From NCBI GenBank assembly GCA_051252135.1, contig JBPOGH010000026.1, positions 1 through 48,247 of the forward strand: a stretch of 48,247 nucleotides of DNA, written 5' to 3'. A model generated the notes under the pieces. The model saw only the letters and a list, made by a program, of their open reading frames with translations. It searched no databases and was not told the DNA's origin. Below are positions 1-7,818 of this stretch, one piece after another (the first letter of the stretch is position 1; the number at the start of each line of letters is the position of its first letter). Origin of the DNA: Verrucomicrobiaceae bacterium. Its GTDB lineage: Bacteria; Verrucomicrobiota; Verrucomicrobiia; Verrucomicrobiales; Akkermansiaceae. The position numbers and the translations under genes are program-made.

Positions 1-520
1 GCATTATAGCCCAGGGTAAAACCCTGGGTTTTTCGCCTACCAAGGATCCCCCATCGAACCCTCAAACACCCGCCCCAAAAATCCACCTCCCCGAAGATCG
101 CTCCACCAACCACGCACCTCGCACGTCCCAAAGGGACATCGCATCATAGCCCCGGGTTTCAACCCGGGGTTTTTAGTCTCCAGTTCTCCCCGATCAAGCC
201 CTCAAACACCGTCCCAAAAGACCACCTCCCCGAAGATCGCTCCTCAAACACCACCTCTCACGTCCCAAAGGGACATCGCATCATAGCCCAGGGTAAAACC
301 CTGGGTGTTCCGTATCCAGCTCTCCCCGATCAAGCCCCCAAACACCGCCACAAAAACCCACCTCCCCGAAGATCGCTCCTCAACCACCACCTCCCATGTC
401 CCAAAGGGACATCGCATCATAGCCCAGGGTAAAACCCTGGGTTTTCCGTCTCCAGCTCTCCCCGATCAAGCCCCCAAACACCGTCATAAAATACCACCCC
501 CCCGAAGATCACCTCACCAC
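1..520. repeat. Tandem array of ~136-140 bp REP-like units (4 copies, first cut by the window edge), each with two hairpins
   Basis: GTCCC-AAA-GGGAC starts at 125, 262 and 398, followed after a 12-nt spacer ending in TAG by CCCAGGGT-AAA-ACCCTGGG (CCCCGGGTT-TC-AACCCGGGG in the 125 copy); linker CTCCCCGAAGATCGCTCC is also shared. Confidence 0.9.
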
Positions 521-1191
521 CTCCGCCCCTCAAATCACAAGACATCGCTTGGCCACCACCTCCGTCAGCACCGCCAAATCCACCAGAACCCACCAACCAA
601 CGTCACCCCACCAGCCGGGAAAGAGAACCAACTTCAGACGAAAAGAGCGGGAGCGTAGCAGGTCACATCAGTCAGAGCTGCTCTACTTCGACTGATCGTA
701 TCCACGACTCGATGAAAAACCTACGGTGCTCTGCGTGACGCTGACGATCAAAGCGTGGAACCGGAACGCAGTGGAGATAGCCAACGGCAAATCTCCTCGA
801 AATCACCCGACGTCAGTTTGGAAACAGGACACGATATGAAAGTGGTGCGCAACATCAAGTCGCCGGTCTCATTGAATTTCAAAGAATACTTCTGGCTGAA
901 AAACGCTAAAAATGAAGTGTTCGGTAGTTTCAAAACAGAGGATCGTGCGGGAGGTGGCGTTTCTTTGGCCAGTCTGGTTAGATCACGCGAAAGGCATGGA
1001 ATATTGGAAAATGACCATTGGGTCTGCATTTGACAATGACACGGTGCACGTCACGGCGGAGAAAGTCACTGGAAGTCTTACCCAATCAAAAATCCACCAG
1101 AAGTCTGAGTAGCAAGAAGCTTGCCGAATCTTCATTCATTAGTTGGCACACGGTTTCCGGGGTGCTCTGGTTGAGTATTGCTAGATTTTTC

Positions 1192-1623
1192 CTATTTAGA
1201 TGGAGGCTCCGCAAGACTCAAAAGATTACCTATGTATCCCTTCGCTGCAAAATAGTAGGAGATAGTTTTTATTACAGTAGATCCCTCATTGTAAGCTCGG
1301 ATCCTAAACACTACAATCGAACCATCTTCTTCGGTATAGTCAGAAAAAACACCCATACTATTCAAGTCATACAACCTAACTCCATCTAGATCTTTTTTAG
1401 GAATCCCCACTTTATTTCTGTTTGATATTTTCACGGACACATCTTCAATATTATAACTATTCACACCAGGAGTCAGAGTAACTGCTGTCGCCACAGCTAC
1501 GGGAGAATCCATCACATCTACCTCCCAGCTAGAATTCATCACAACAGACTTAATAACAGCAACCCCTTCGCCATTCAAAAAGTTAACTAAAAGTAACGAT
1601 AACATTATCATTCTCATAAACAC
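1192..1623 (-). CDS. Hypothetical secreted protein, AT-rich, probably foreign
   Basis: 143-aa ORF with signal-peptide-like N-terminus (MRMIMLSLLLVNFLNG); AT-rich and lacks the host C-skew; no family recognised. Confidence 0.6.
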   Translation of the reverse strand: MFMRMIMLSLLLVNFLNGEGVAVIKSVVMNSSWEVDVMDSPVAVATAVTLTPGVNSYNIEDVSVKISNRNKVGIPKKDLDGVRLYDLNSMGVFSDYTEEDGSIVVFRIRAYNEGSTVIKTISYYFAAKGYIGNLLSLAEPPSK

Positions 1624-1845
1624 ACTAATTTGGATTAAATTTATCTAATCGACCCCCTTCGTGAACCACATAGTTCGCGGCCCCTTCCGTTCCGTGTCGA
1701 CGATCAGCAGGCGATGGCCCTTAAGCACTAATCCCCCTAACACGGGAAAACATGCCTGGCAAACTTTAAGGGACGAGAAAACCGTAGAATAAGAAGTTCT
1801 GTGCACCGATGACCCTAAAATCAGCGCCAAATTGAGTGCGGTGCG

Positions 1846-1860
1846 CCTCCCCCTCCGCCA
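1846..1860 (+). other. tRNA-Ser-like 3' end remnant (att core), copy 1
   Basis: CCTCCCCCTCCGCCA = end of T-stem + acceptor strand CCCCTCC + G73 + CCA; no upstream tRNA body; followed at once by a terminator hairpin. Confidence 0.65.
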
Positions 1861-1862
1861 CC

Positions 1863-1903
1863 AAAAAGGCCATGCCTCCCCAAGGAGCCATGGCCTTTTT
1901 TTT
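1863..1903. terminator. Bidirectional intrinsic terminator (duplicated at 2098-2138, decayed copy ~2758-2794)
   Basis: AAAAAGGCCATG-CCTCCCCAAGGAGC-CATGGCCTTTTTTTT: GC stem with A-tract and T-tract flanks. Confidence 0.8.
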
Positions 1904-2080
1904 CATCTCTCTCCTCCCTAATTTCCAATCACCTTACCTCTCCTTCCCCAAAGTCGAACCCAACCTGGAACCAGACACGGGAAAACATGCCTGGCAAACT
2001 TTAAGGGACGAGAAAACCGTAGAATAAGAAGTTCTGTGCACCGATGACCCTAAAATCAGCGCCAAATTGAGTGCGGTGCG

Positions 2081-2095
2081 CCTCCCCCTCCGCCA
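2081..2095 (+). other. tRNA-Ser-like 3' end remnant (att core), copy 2
   Basis: Same 15-mer, inside the 235-bp duplication. Confidence 0.65.
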
Positions 2096-2163
2096 CCAAA
2101 AAGGCCATGCCTCCCCAAGGAGCCATGGCCTTTTTTTTCATCTCTCTCCTCCCTAATTTCCAA

Positions 2164-2541
2164 TCACCTTACCTCTCCTTCCCCAAAGTCGAACCCAACC
2201 TGGAACCAGACACTATCCTCATCCACCCCTCCGTCCAACTTGTCGTGATTCCACTGCACCCGGCCATAGCCACGCCATGTGTCACCCAGCTCAAAGGCCC
2301 GCGTCACCGCCAAGCTTATCCGCTCCCGTTCCTCCACTTCGAAGCCATACTCAATCATTCCCATATCGAGAAGAGGCCCTTCTTGGACACCCTCGACATA
2401 CCCATAACGCAAATCCGCACGCCACTCGGAATTCCACGCATATCCGGCCCGTAGCATCAGCGAATTCTGATCTACCGATCCCGTCAACGTGGCATCCTCC
2501 TCGTGCACCCATTCCGTCCGCCGCATCAGTCCCTCAATTGC
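2164..2541 (-). pseudogene. 5'-truncated copy of the last 125 codons of the OM beta-barrel gene at 10882-12024
   Basis: Colinear, ungapped, 18 differences in 125 aa (AIEGLMRRTEWVH...FQVGFDFGEGEVR); still open, but its 5' end is replaced by the 14-mer array. Confidence 0.92.
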
Positions 2542-2544
2542 AAA

Positions 2545-2652
2545 GAAAACATGCCTAAGAAAACATGCCTTAGAAAACATGCCTTAGAAAACATGCCTTA
2601 GAAAACATGCCTGAGAAAACATGAAAACTGAAAACAAACTGAAAACATGCCT
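2545..2652. repeat. GAAAACATGCCTNA 14-mer x5, then decayed units running into the att-flank element
   Basis: Units at 2545, 2559, 2573, 2587, 2601; partial units 2615-2640; GAAAACATGCCT again at 2641. Confidence 0.92.
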
Positions 2653-2795
2653 GGCAAACTTTAAGGGACGAAAACACCGTAGAATAGGGAGTTCCGAGCA
2701 TCGATTACCCTAAAATCTGCGCCAAATTTTGAGCGGTGCGCCTCCCCCTCCGCCACCAAAAAAGCCACGCCTCCCCAAGGAGCCATGGCCTTTTC
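2641..2795 (+). repeat. Third, diverged copy of the att-flank element (~100-bp arm + tRNA-Ser-like 3' end at 2741-2755 + terminator)
   Basis: GAAAACATGCCTGGCAAACTTTAAGGGACG...ACCCTAAAATC.GCGCCAAATT...GCGGTGCGCCTCCCCCTCCGCCA is shared with the copies at 1746 and 1981, with scattered substitutions. Confidence 0.88.
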
Positions 2796-2801
2796 ATCTC
2801 C

Positions 2802-2856
2802 CCCAATTCCCAATTCCCAATTCCCAATTTTCCCAACTCCTAATTCTCCATTCCCA
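2802..2856. repeat. Heptamer tandem repeat (CCCAATT x4 plus degenerate units)
   Basis: Read directly from the sequence. Confidence 0.85.
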
Positions 2857-2990
2857 GTCCCGAAGGGACGTCGGTCCCCAGCCCCGGGTGCCAACCCGGG
2901 GTTCCCCATCCCCCCAAACTCCCCGATCAAGCCCCCAAACACCGCCACCAAATACCACTCCCCCGAAGATCGCTCCACCAACCACGCCAC
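2857..2990. repeat. Solo copy of the REP-like unit from 1-520
   Basis: GTCCC-GAA-GGGAC, 12-nt spacer, CCCCGGGT-GCCA-ACCCGGGG, then the same CCCCGATCAAGCCCCCAAACACCG...GAAGATCGCTCC linker. Confidence 0.88.
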
Positions 2991-3033
2991 GCCCAAAATT
3001 GCCTCGGCCGCCAATACCGATTACATCAAAATA

Positions 3034-3045
3034 TTGACATTGTCA
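3034..3045 (+). promoter_or_regulatory. Consensus -35 (TTGACA) overlapped by a TGACA-T-TGTCA palindrome; possible autoregulatory operator
   Basis: TTGACATTGTCA lies 23-34 nt upstream of the ATG at 3068; no convincing -10 found. Confidence 0.4.
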
Positions 3046-3067
3046 CCATATGTGGAAATCTCATCCC

Positions 3068-3724
3068 ATGACAAAAAAAGCCGCAAAGAAAAAGTCCGCC
3101 CGCAAAATGGCCGTGAAACAAGCACGCCGCACCAAAGAAGTCGTCCGCCGCCGTCTCGCCCGCGTTAAGGAAAACGATCCCGCCCTTCCCCTCCCCAAGT
3201 TTGTCGAGCGCGTCAATGAAATCGCCCAGCGTTACCTCCCCCCGGGCAACCCCGCCGATGGCCGGGTGGCCTCCGAGTTCAACGAACGCAACGTCCGGAA
3301 CTACCAAAGCAAAGGACTCATCGACACCCCCGAAAAAGAAGGAAAAGAAGCCCGCTACCGCTACCGCCACATCCTCCAGGCCGTCCTCATCCGCGTCATG
3401 CTCGCCGATGGCTTCCGCGTCCCCACCATCCGCGAAATGCTCGAAGGAAAAACCACCGGCGAATTCGAAAAACTCCTCGACCTCGGCCCCATGGTCGCCC
3501 GCAAAATGGCCCGCGATCTCAATCCCGAAAAATGCAACGGATCCATGGAAGGCCGAAGCGTCTGGACCAGACTCGAGGTCGCCCCCGGCGTCGAAATCCA
3601 TCTCGCCCGCAGCGTAAAACCACCCTCATGCAAAGAAGAAGGCATGGAAATCCGCGAAAAAATCTCCCTCGCCCTCCGCGACGAATTCCAACGCCGCCGT
3701 AAACGCGCCCGCAATCGTGAATAG
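3068..3724 (+). CDS. MerR-family (HTH) transcriptional regulator
   Basis: FNERNVRNYQSKGLIDTPEKEGKEARYRYRHILQAVLIRVMLADGFRVPTIREML matches the MerR HTH pattern; C-terminal WTRLEVAPGVEIHL; alternative start 3050. Confidence 0.85.
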   Translation: MTKKAAKKKSARKMAVKQARRTKEVVRRRLARVKENDPALPLPKFVERVNEIAQRYLPPGNPADGRVASEFNERNVRNYQSKGLIDTPEKEGKEARYRYRHILQAVLIRVMLADGFRVPTIREMLEGKTTGEFEKLLDLGPMVARKMARDLNPEKCNGSMEGRSVWTRLEVAPGVEIHLARSVKPPSCKEEGMEIREKISLALRDEFQRRRKRARNRE

Positions 3725-3861
3725 CCCTCTACGAATCCGTAGCGCACATCTGCCCGCCACTCGGAATGCCACGCATTGCCACCACGGAACATCTACGCCC
3801 TCTAATGCACCACCCCTGTCAGCCTTCCATCATCCGCGTGCACCCACTCGCGGCGCCTCCA
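3724..3861 (-). pseudogene. Decayed 46-codon fragment of the same OM beta-barrel gene
   Basis: WRRREWVHADDGRLTGVVH*RA*MFRGGNAWHSEWRADVRYGFVEG aligns ungapped to MRRTEWVHEDDATITGITDQSSLMLRAGYAWNSEWRTDLRYGYVEG, with two in-frame stops. Confidence 0.88.
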
Positions 3862-3929
3862 TGAAGTCGTAAAAAATTGCATTCTCATGGAATAAGTGAA
3901 AGCTGTTCTCACTCGCACTCCTGAGAAGA

Positions 3930-4397
3930 ATGTTTCGTAAGCTTACAGCGCTATTTTTGCTTTGGCTGATGTCGGTGGTCGTCGCCACCTCACAGCCCGG
4001 CCTCAGCTATTGCCTCTGCTTACACCAAATTTTCATCGGCGAATGCCCCTGCCTTGCCCTCTCCCAAAAAGAATCCTTCTCACATGGTTGCAGTGATGAG
4101 CCCTGCGGTTGCTCCTCGCAAGAATCCACGGAGATTGACGAAAATCTCCCCGATCCAGCCCCGGATTGCTTGCTCAGTCTCCGAATCGATCTCGATGTCT
4201 TTCTCGCTGCCGATTCCACTCTCACTCCTCACCACGATGCTGCCAGTTCCCGGAATCCCTTTCCCCAAACTGGAAAAATCGACTCCGCCTTCTTACTCAC
4301 AAGTTCCATTCATAGAATTCGGGGAAGCCCCCCGCCTATTGCGAGGATCACTCCATCCGTCCCACTTCGTGTAAGATATTCAGTGTTTCTCGTTTGA
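3930..4397 (+). CDS. Cys/His-rich secreted hypothetical protein; candidate regulatory leader of the exporter operon
   Basis: Signal peptide, YCLCLH..ECPC..HGCSDEPCGC..DC, and IRGSPPP near the C-terminus. Confidence 0.75.
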   Translation: MFRKLTALFLLWLMSVVVATSQPGLSYCLCLHQIFIGECPCLALSQKESFSHGCSDEPCGCSSQESTEIDENLPDPAPDCLLSLRIDLDVFLAADSTLTPHHDAASSRNPFPQTGKIDSAFLLTSSIHRIRGSPPPIARITPSVPLRVRYSVFLV

Positions 4398-4538
4398 TTC
4401 GCTGGTTTGATGCCGTGCGCTCCTTCCGGGCACACGCACTCTGCGCCCTGATCCCGCCCAATCGTGGCGGTCTCGCTCTCATGACAGAGCCATCTCAGGG
4501 TCCCTTTCTCCTCAAACCTATTTCACCGGTACACTAAT

Positions 4539-5954
4539 ATGTCCTTGGACGACCTTACCAACCTCACTTCCACTGATCAGCCTCTTTCAGGCACCTCACC
4601 CAAACGAAAACGTTCTCTCGCTTGGCTACTGCCTGTCGGACTCCTTCTTGGCTTCATCTTGATTCTCCTCTTCCTTTTTGGAGAACGCCTGATCCCTGCC
4701 CTCGAAGTCGAAACCGCTCCCATCATCACAATCCGATCAGGAGAATCAACCCCATCTGAATCTCCAAACCCAACGACCGGTAAAGGAGGCTTACTTTTCC
4801 AGGCCTCCGGGTGGATCGAGCCTGATCCATACACCGTTTATGCCCCAACTCTCATCAACGGAATCGTGGCAAAAGTAGAAGTCCTCGAAGGCGCAGCCGT
4901 CAACAAGGGCGACCTCCTCGCGACCCTCATCGATGACGACGCCAGGCTCGACCTTCAGGAGGCCGAGCAAAAATACCTCAGCATGGAAAAGCGCATCGTC
5001 GCCCACTGCACCGGACACGAGATCGTCGATGCCGAAATCGAAGCCGCTCACCGCAAGATCGAAGCCCTCGCCGCAGCCTTGGATGAAGCGCGAGACACCT
5101 ACTCAAGAATCAGCAAGCTCAGCGAAGGCGCCGTATCCAGACAACAATTGGTCCAGGCTCGCCTCGCCACCGAAAAACAAACCGCCATGCTCGCTGAAGC
5201 CCGCGCCGAAATCCCCCGCCTCGAAGCTCAGAAAATTCAAATCGATGCCGAAAGGGAATCCATGACCGCAACGCTCCGTGAGCTGGCAACCGTCCTAGAA
5301 CGAGCCCAACTCAGCCTCGACCGCACCCAAATCAAATCACCCATCGATGGCATCGTCCTCCGCCTCCATGCCGCTCCGGGAAAGAAGCGCATGCTCAACA
5401 TGGACGATCCCCTTTCCGCCGTCATCGTCGAACTCTACGACCCCAACCAACTCCAGGCCCGGATCGATGTCCCCCTCAATGAAGCGGCCGCCCTCTCCTC
5501 CGGTCAGTCTGTCGAACTCATCTCGGAACTCCTCCCGGACCGCACCTTCGAAGGCACCGTGACACGCATCAGCGGGCAAGCCGATCTGCAACGCAATACC
5601 CTGCAGGCCAAGGTCGCCATCAAAAATCCCGACCTCCGCCTCCGACCCGACATGCTGGTCCGCGCCAAGTTCTTCGCTTCGGCCAATCAGACAAATGGCG
5701 ATGCTTCAAACAACACCTCCACCTCAGGACGCCTCTCCCTTTACGTCCCCGAAAGTGCACTCGTCGGCGAAAACCGGGTCTGGGTGGTCTCCCCAGACCG
5801 CACCGCCGAAAGCCGCTCCATCACCCTCGGCTCCGAAACCAGGGACGGCCATCGCCTCGTCCTCGATGGCCTCCGCTCCGGCGAATCCGTCATCCTTCCT
5901 CCCCACTCAAATCTCAAAGACGGCACCCGGCTTTCAACTTCCAGCCCCCACTAA
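4539..5954 (+). CDS. Periplasmic adaptor / membrane fusion protein (HlyD/MacA-like)
   Basis: N-terminal TM; ASGWIEP, GIVAKVEVLEGAAVNKGDLLATL, coiled coil, TQIKSPIDGIV, LRPDM, VPESAL, GLRSGESV. Confidence 0.95.
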   Translation: MSLDDLTNLTSTDQPLSGTSPKRKRSLAWLLPVGLLLGFILILLFLFGERLIPALEVETAPIITIRSGESTPSESPNPTTGKGGLLFQASGWIEPDPYTVYAPTLINGIVAKVEVLEGAAVNKGDLLATLIDDDARLDLQEAEQKYLSMEKRIVAHCTGHEIVDAEIEAAHRKIEALAAALDEARDTYSRISKLSEGAVSRQQLVQARLATEKQTAMLAEARAEIPRLEAQKIQIDAERESMTATLRELATVLERAQLSLDRTQIKSPIDGIVLRLHAAPGKKRMLNMDDPLSAVIVELYDPNQLQARIDVPLNEAAALSSGQSVELISELLPDRTFEGTVTRISGQADLQRNTLQAKVAIKNPDLRLRPDMLVRAKFFASANQTNGDASNNTSTSGRLSLYVPESALVGENRVWVVSPDRTAESRSITLGSETRDGHRLVLDGLRSGESVILPPHSNLKDGTRLSTSSPH

Positions 5955-5959
5955 AAACC

Positions 5960-6658
5960 ATGAACCCTCTCATTTCCATCAAGTCCGTCACCAAATCCTT
6001 CACCAAGGGAAAAACCACCATCACCCCTCTCGAAAACCTGTCTCTCGACGTCCCACCCGGCGAGTTTCTCTCCCTCATGGGCCCCTCCGGCTCAGGCAAA
6101 ACAACCCTCCTCAACCTCATCGCCGGAATCGACACTCCCACCTCCGGAGAAATCCTCATCGATGGTAAGGACATCGCCAGACTCTCCCGCGCACAACTCA
6201 CCCGCTGGCGCGCAAAACACGTGGGCTACATCTTTCAACTCTACCACCTCGTCCCCATCCTTTCCGCCTACGAAAACATCGAACTCCCACTTCTGTTAGG
6301 GAATCTCAGTAAAAGCGAACGAAAGAAAAAAATCCTCGCCGCACTCGACCTCGTCGGCCTCAGTGACCGGGCTGACCACCGACCTTCCGAGCTCTCGGGA
6401 GGACAGGAACAACGCGTCGCAATCGCCCGCGCCATCGTCCATGATCCCGACCTCCTGGTCGCCGACGAGCCCACCGGTGACCTCGACCGCGAATCAGCCG
6501 ATTCCATCCTCCAGCTTCTCGACACCCTCGCGACAAAACACGGCAAAACCATCGTCATGGTCACCCACGACCCCAAGGCCTCGGCCGCTGCCCACCGCGC
6601 TCTTCAGTTGGAAAAAGGACAGTTCCTCGAAGAAGGAACCCTGATCACCCAAACGTAA
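5960..6658 (+). CDS. ABC transporter ATP-binding subunit (MacB/LolD-like)
   Basis: Walker [10 protein letters not shown], signature [14 protein letters not shown], Walker [13 protein letters not shown]-loop VTHD. Confidence 0.97.
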   Translation: MNPLISIKSVTKSFTKGKTTITPLENLSLDVPPGEFLSLMGPSGSGKTTLLNLIAGIDTPTSGEILIDGKDIARLSRAQLTRWRAKHVGYIFQLYHLVPILSAYENIELPLLLGNLSKSERKKKILAALDLVGLSDRADHRPSELSGGQEQRVAIARAIVHDPDLLVADEPTGDLDRESADSILQLLDTLATKHGKTIVMVTHDPKASAAAHRALQLEKGQFLEEGTLITQT

Positions 6659-6667
6659 AATCCACCC

Positions 6668-7804
6668 ATGAAACTCGCAATTTTAGCCCTGAAGAACCTC
6701 ACCCGGAATCGGCTGAGATCCCTTCTGACGGTCATCGGCGTCGCCGCCGGAATGTTCCTCTATGCCTCCGTGCAAACAATGCAACACTCCCTTTCCGTCG
6801 CCACCCAAAGCAGTGCCGATGACACCACCCTCGTCGTCTACCGCGAGAACCGCTTCTGCCCCTCCACTTCCCGTCTCCCGGAACACTACCTCTCCACCAT
6901 CCAGCGCATCCCCGGAGTCAAGGAAGTCATCCCCATCCAAATCGCAGTCAACAACTGCGGAGCCTCCCTCGATGTCATCACCTTCAGAGGAGTCCCTCCC
7001 GAAACCCTGAAACAATACAACCCCGGAATCTCCGTCATCGCCGGTTCCTACGATGACTTCGTCAATCGCACCGATGCCGCTCTCGTCGGACAACACTTTG
7101 CCGAAAGGCGCGGCCTCTCACCGGGTGATAAATTCGAAGCCGTCGGCGTGAACGTCACCGTCGCAGGCATCATCACCTCCGATTCTCCCCAGGATGAAAA
7201 TGTCGCCTACGTCCATCTCCCCTTCCTCCAGCAGGCCTCGCGCATCGGACTCGGAATCGTCACCCAGTTTAATGTCAAAGTGGACTCCTCCGACCTGCTT
7301 CAATCGGTCTCCGATCAAATCGACGAAACCTTCAAAGCCGATCAACAACCCACCAACACCCGCCCCGAAAAAGCCTTCTTCGCCGAAACCGCGAAGCAAA
7401 TGATCGAGCTCATCGGCTTCACCCGCTGGCTCGGCCTCGGCGCCGTTGTTGCCGTCCTCGGCCTCGTCGCCAATGCCGTCCTCCTCATCGTCCGCGGTCG
7501 CGTCAAGGAAACCGCCATCCTCCAGACCCTCGGATTCTCCCGCCTCGCCATCGGTGTCATCGTGGTCATCGAAGGCGTCCTCCTCGGCCTCACCGGTGGA
7601 CTTGCCGGCGTCCTCGGAGCCATGGCCTTCTTCAAGTTCAAGTCCTTCACTCTCGGAAACGAAGGCCTCACCCTCGCCCTCACACCCTCCGCCTCGGTCA
7701 CCATCAGCGGCCTCGCCGTCGCCATGGCCCTCGGCCTTCTCGCCTCACTCTACCCCGCCTGGAAGGCCACCTCCCGCCCACTCGTCGAATCGCTCAACGC
7801 CTAA
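6668..7804 (+). CDS. ABC transporter permease (MacB/FtsX-type), subunit 1
   Basis: LKNLTRNRLRSLLTVIGV TM1, large periplasmic domain, RVKETAILQTLGF, three C-terminal TMs, YPAWKA. Confidence 0.95.
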   Translation: MKLAILALKNLTRNRLRSLLTVIGVAAGMFLYASVQTMQHSLSVATQSSADDTTLVVYRENRFCPSTSRLPEHYLSTIQRIPGVKEVIPIQIAVNNCGASLDVITFRGVPPETLKQYNPGISVIAGSYDDFVNRTDAALVGQHFAERRGLSPGDKFEAVGVNVTVAGIITSDSPQDENVAYVHLPFLQQASRIGLGIVTQFNVKVDSSDLLQSVSDQIDETFKADQQPTNTRPEKAFFAETAKQMIELIGFTRWLGLGAVVAVLGLVANAVLLIVRGRVKETAILQTLGFSRLAIGVIVVIEGVLLGLTGGLAGVLGAMAFFKFKSFTLGNEGLTLALTPSASVTISGLAVAMALGLLASLYPAWKATSRPLVESLNA

Positions 7805-7818
7805 CAGATCACCCGCCC

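Larger units (their letters stand above)
1740..2213. repeat. 235-bp direct tandem duplication (1740-1978 = 1975-2213)
   Basis: No differences found by eye; the junction has a 4-bp ACAC microhomology. Confidence 0.92.

Noticed and set aside
1..520. Possible CRISPR array
   Set aside because: The ~137-bp period has homologous rather than unique spacers, and no cas genes are present.
305..658. 117-aa ORF
   Set aside because: Translation of the repeat array.
1790..1860. Complete tRNA or tmRNA gene
   Set aside because: Only the last 15 nt match; no TTCGA loop, anticodon arm or 5' acceptor strand.
1836..3168. Short ORFs 1836-2027, 2071-2454, 2661-3014, 2729-3037, 2785-3168
   Set aside because: They read through terminators, heptamer and REP repeats, or are antisense to the barrel fragment.
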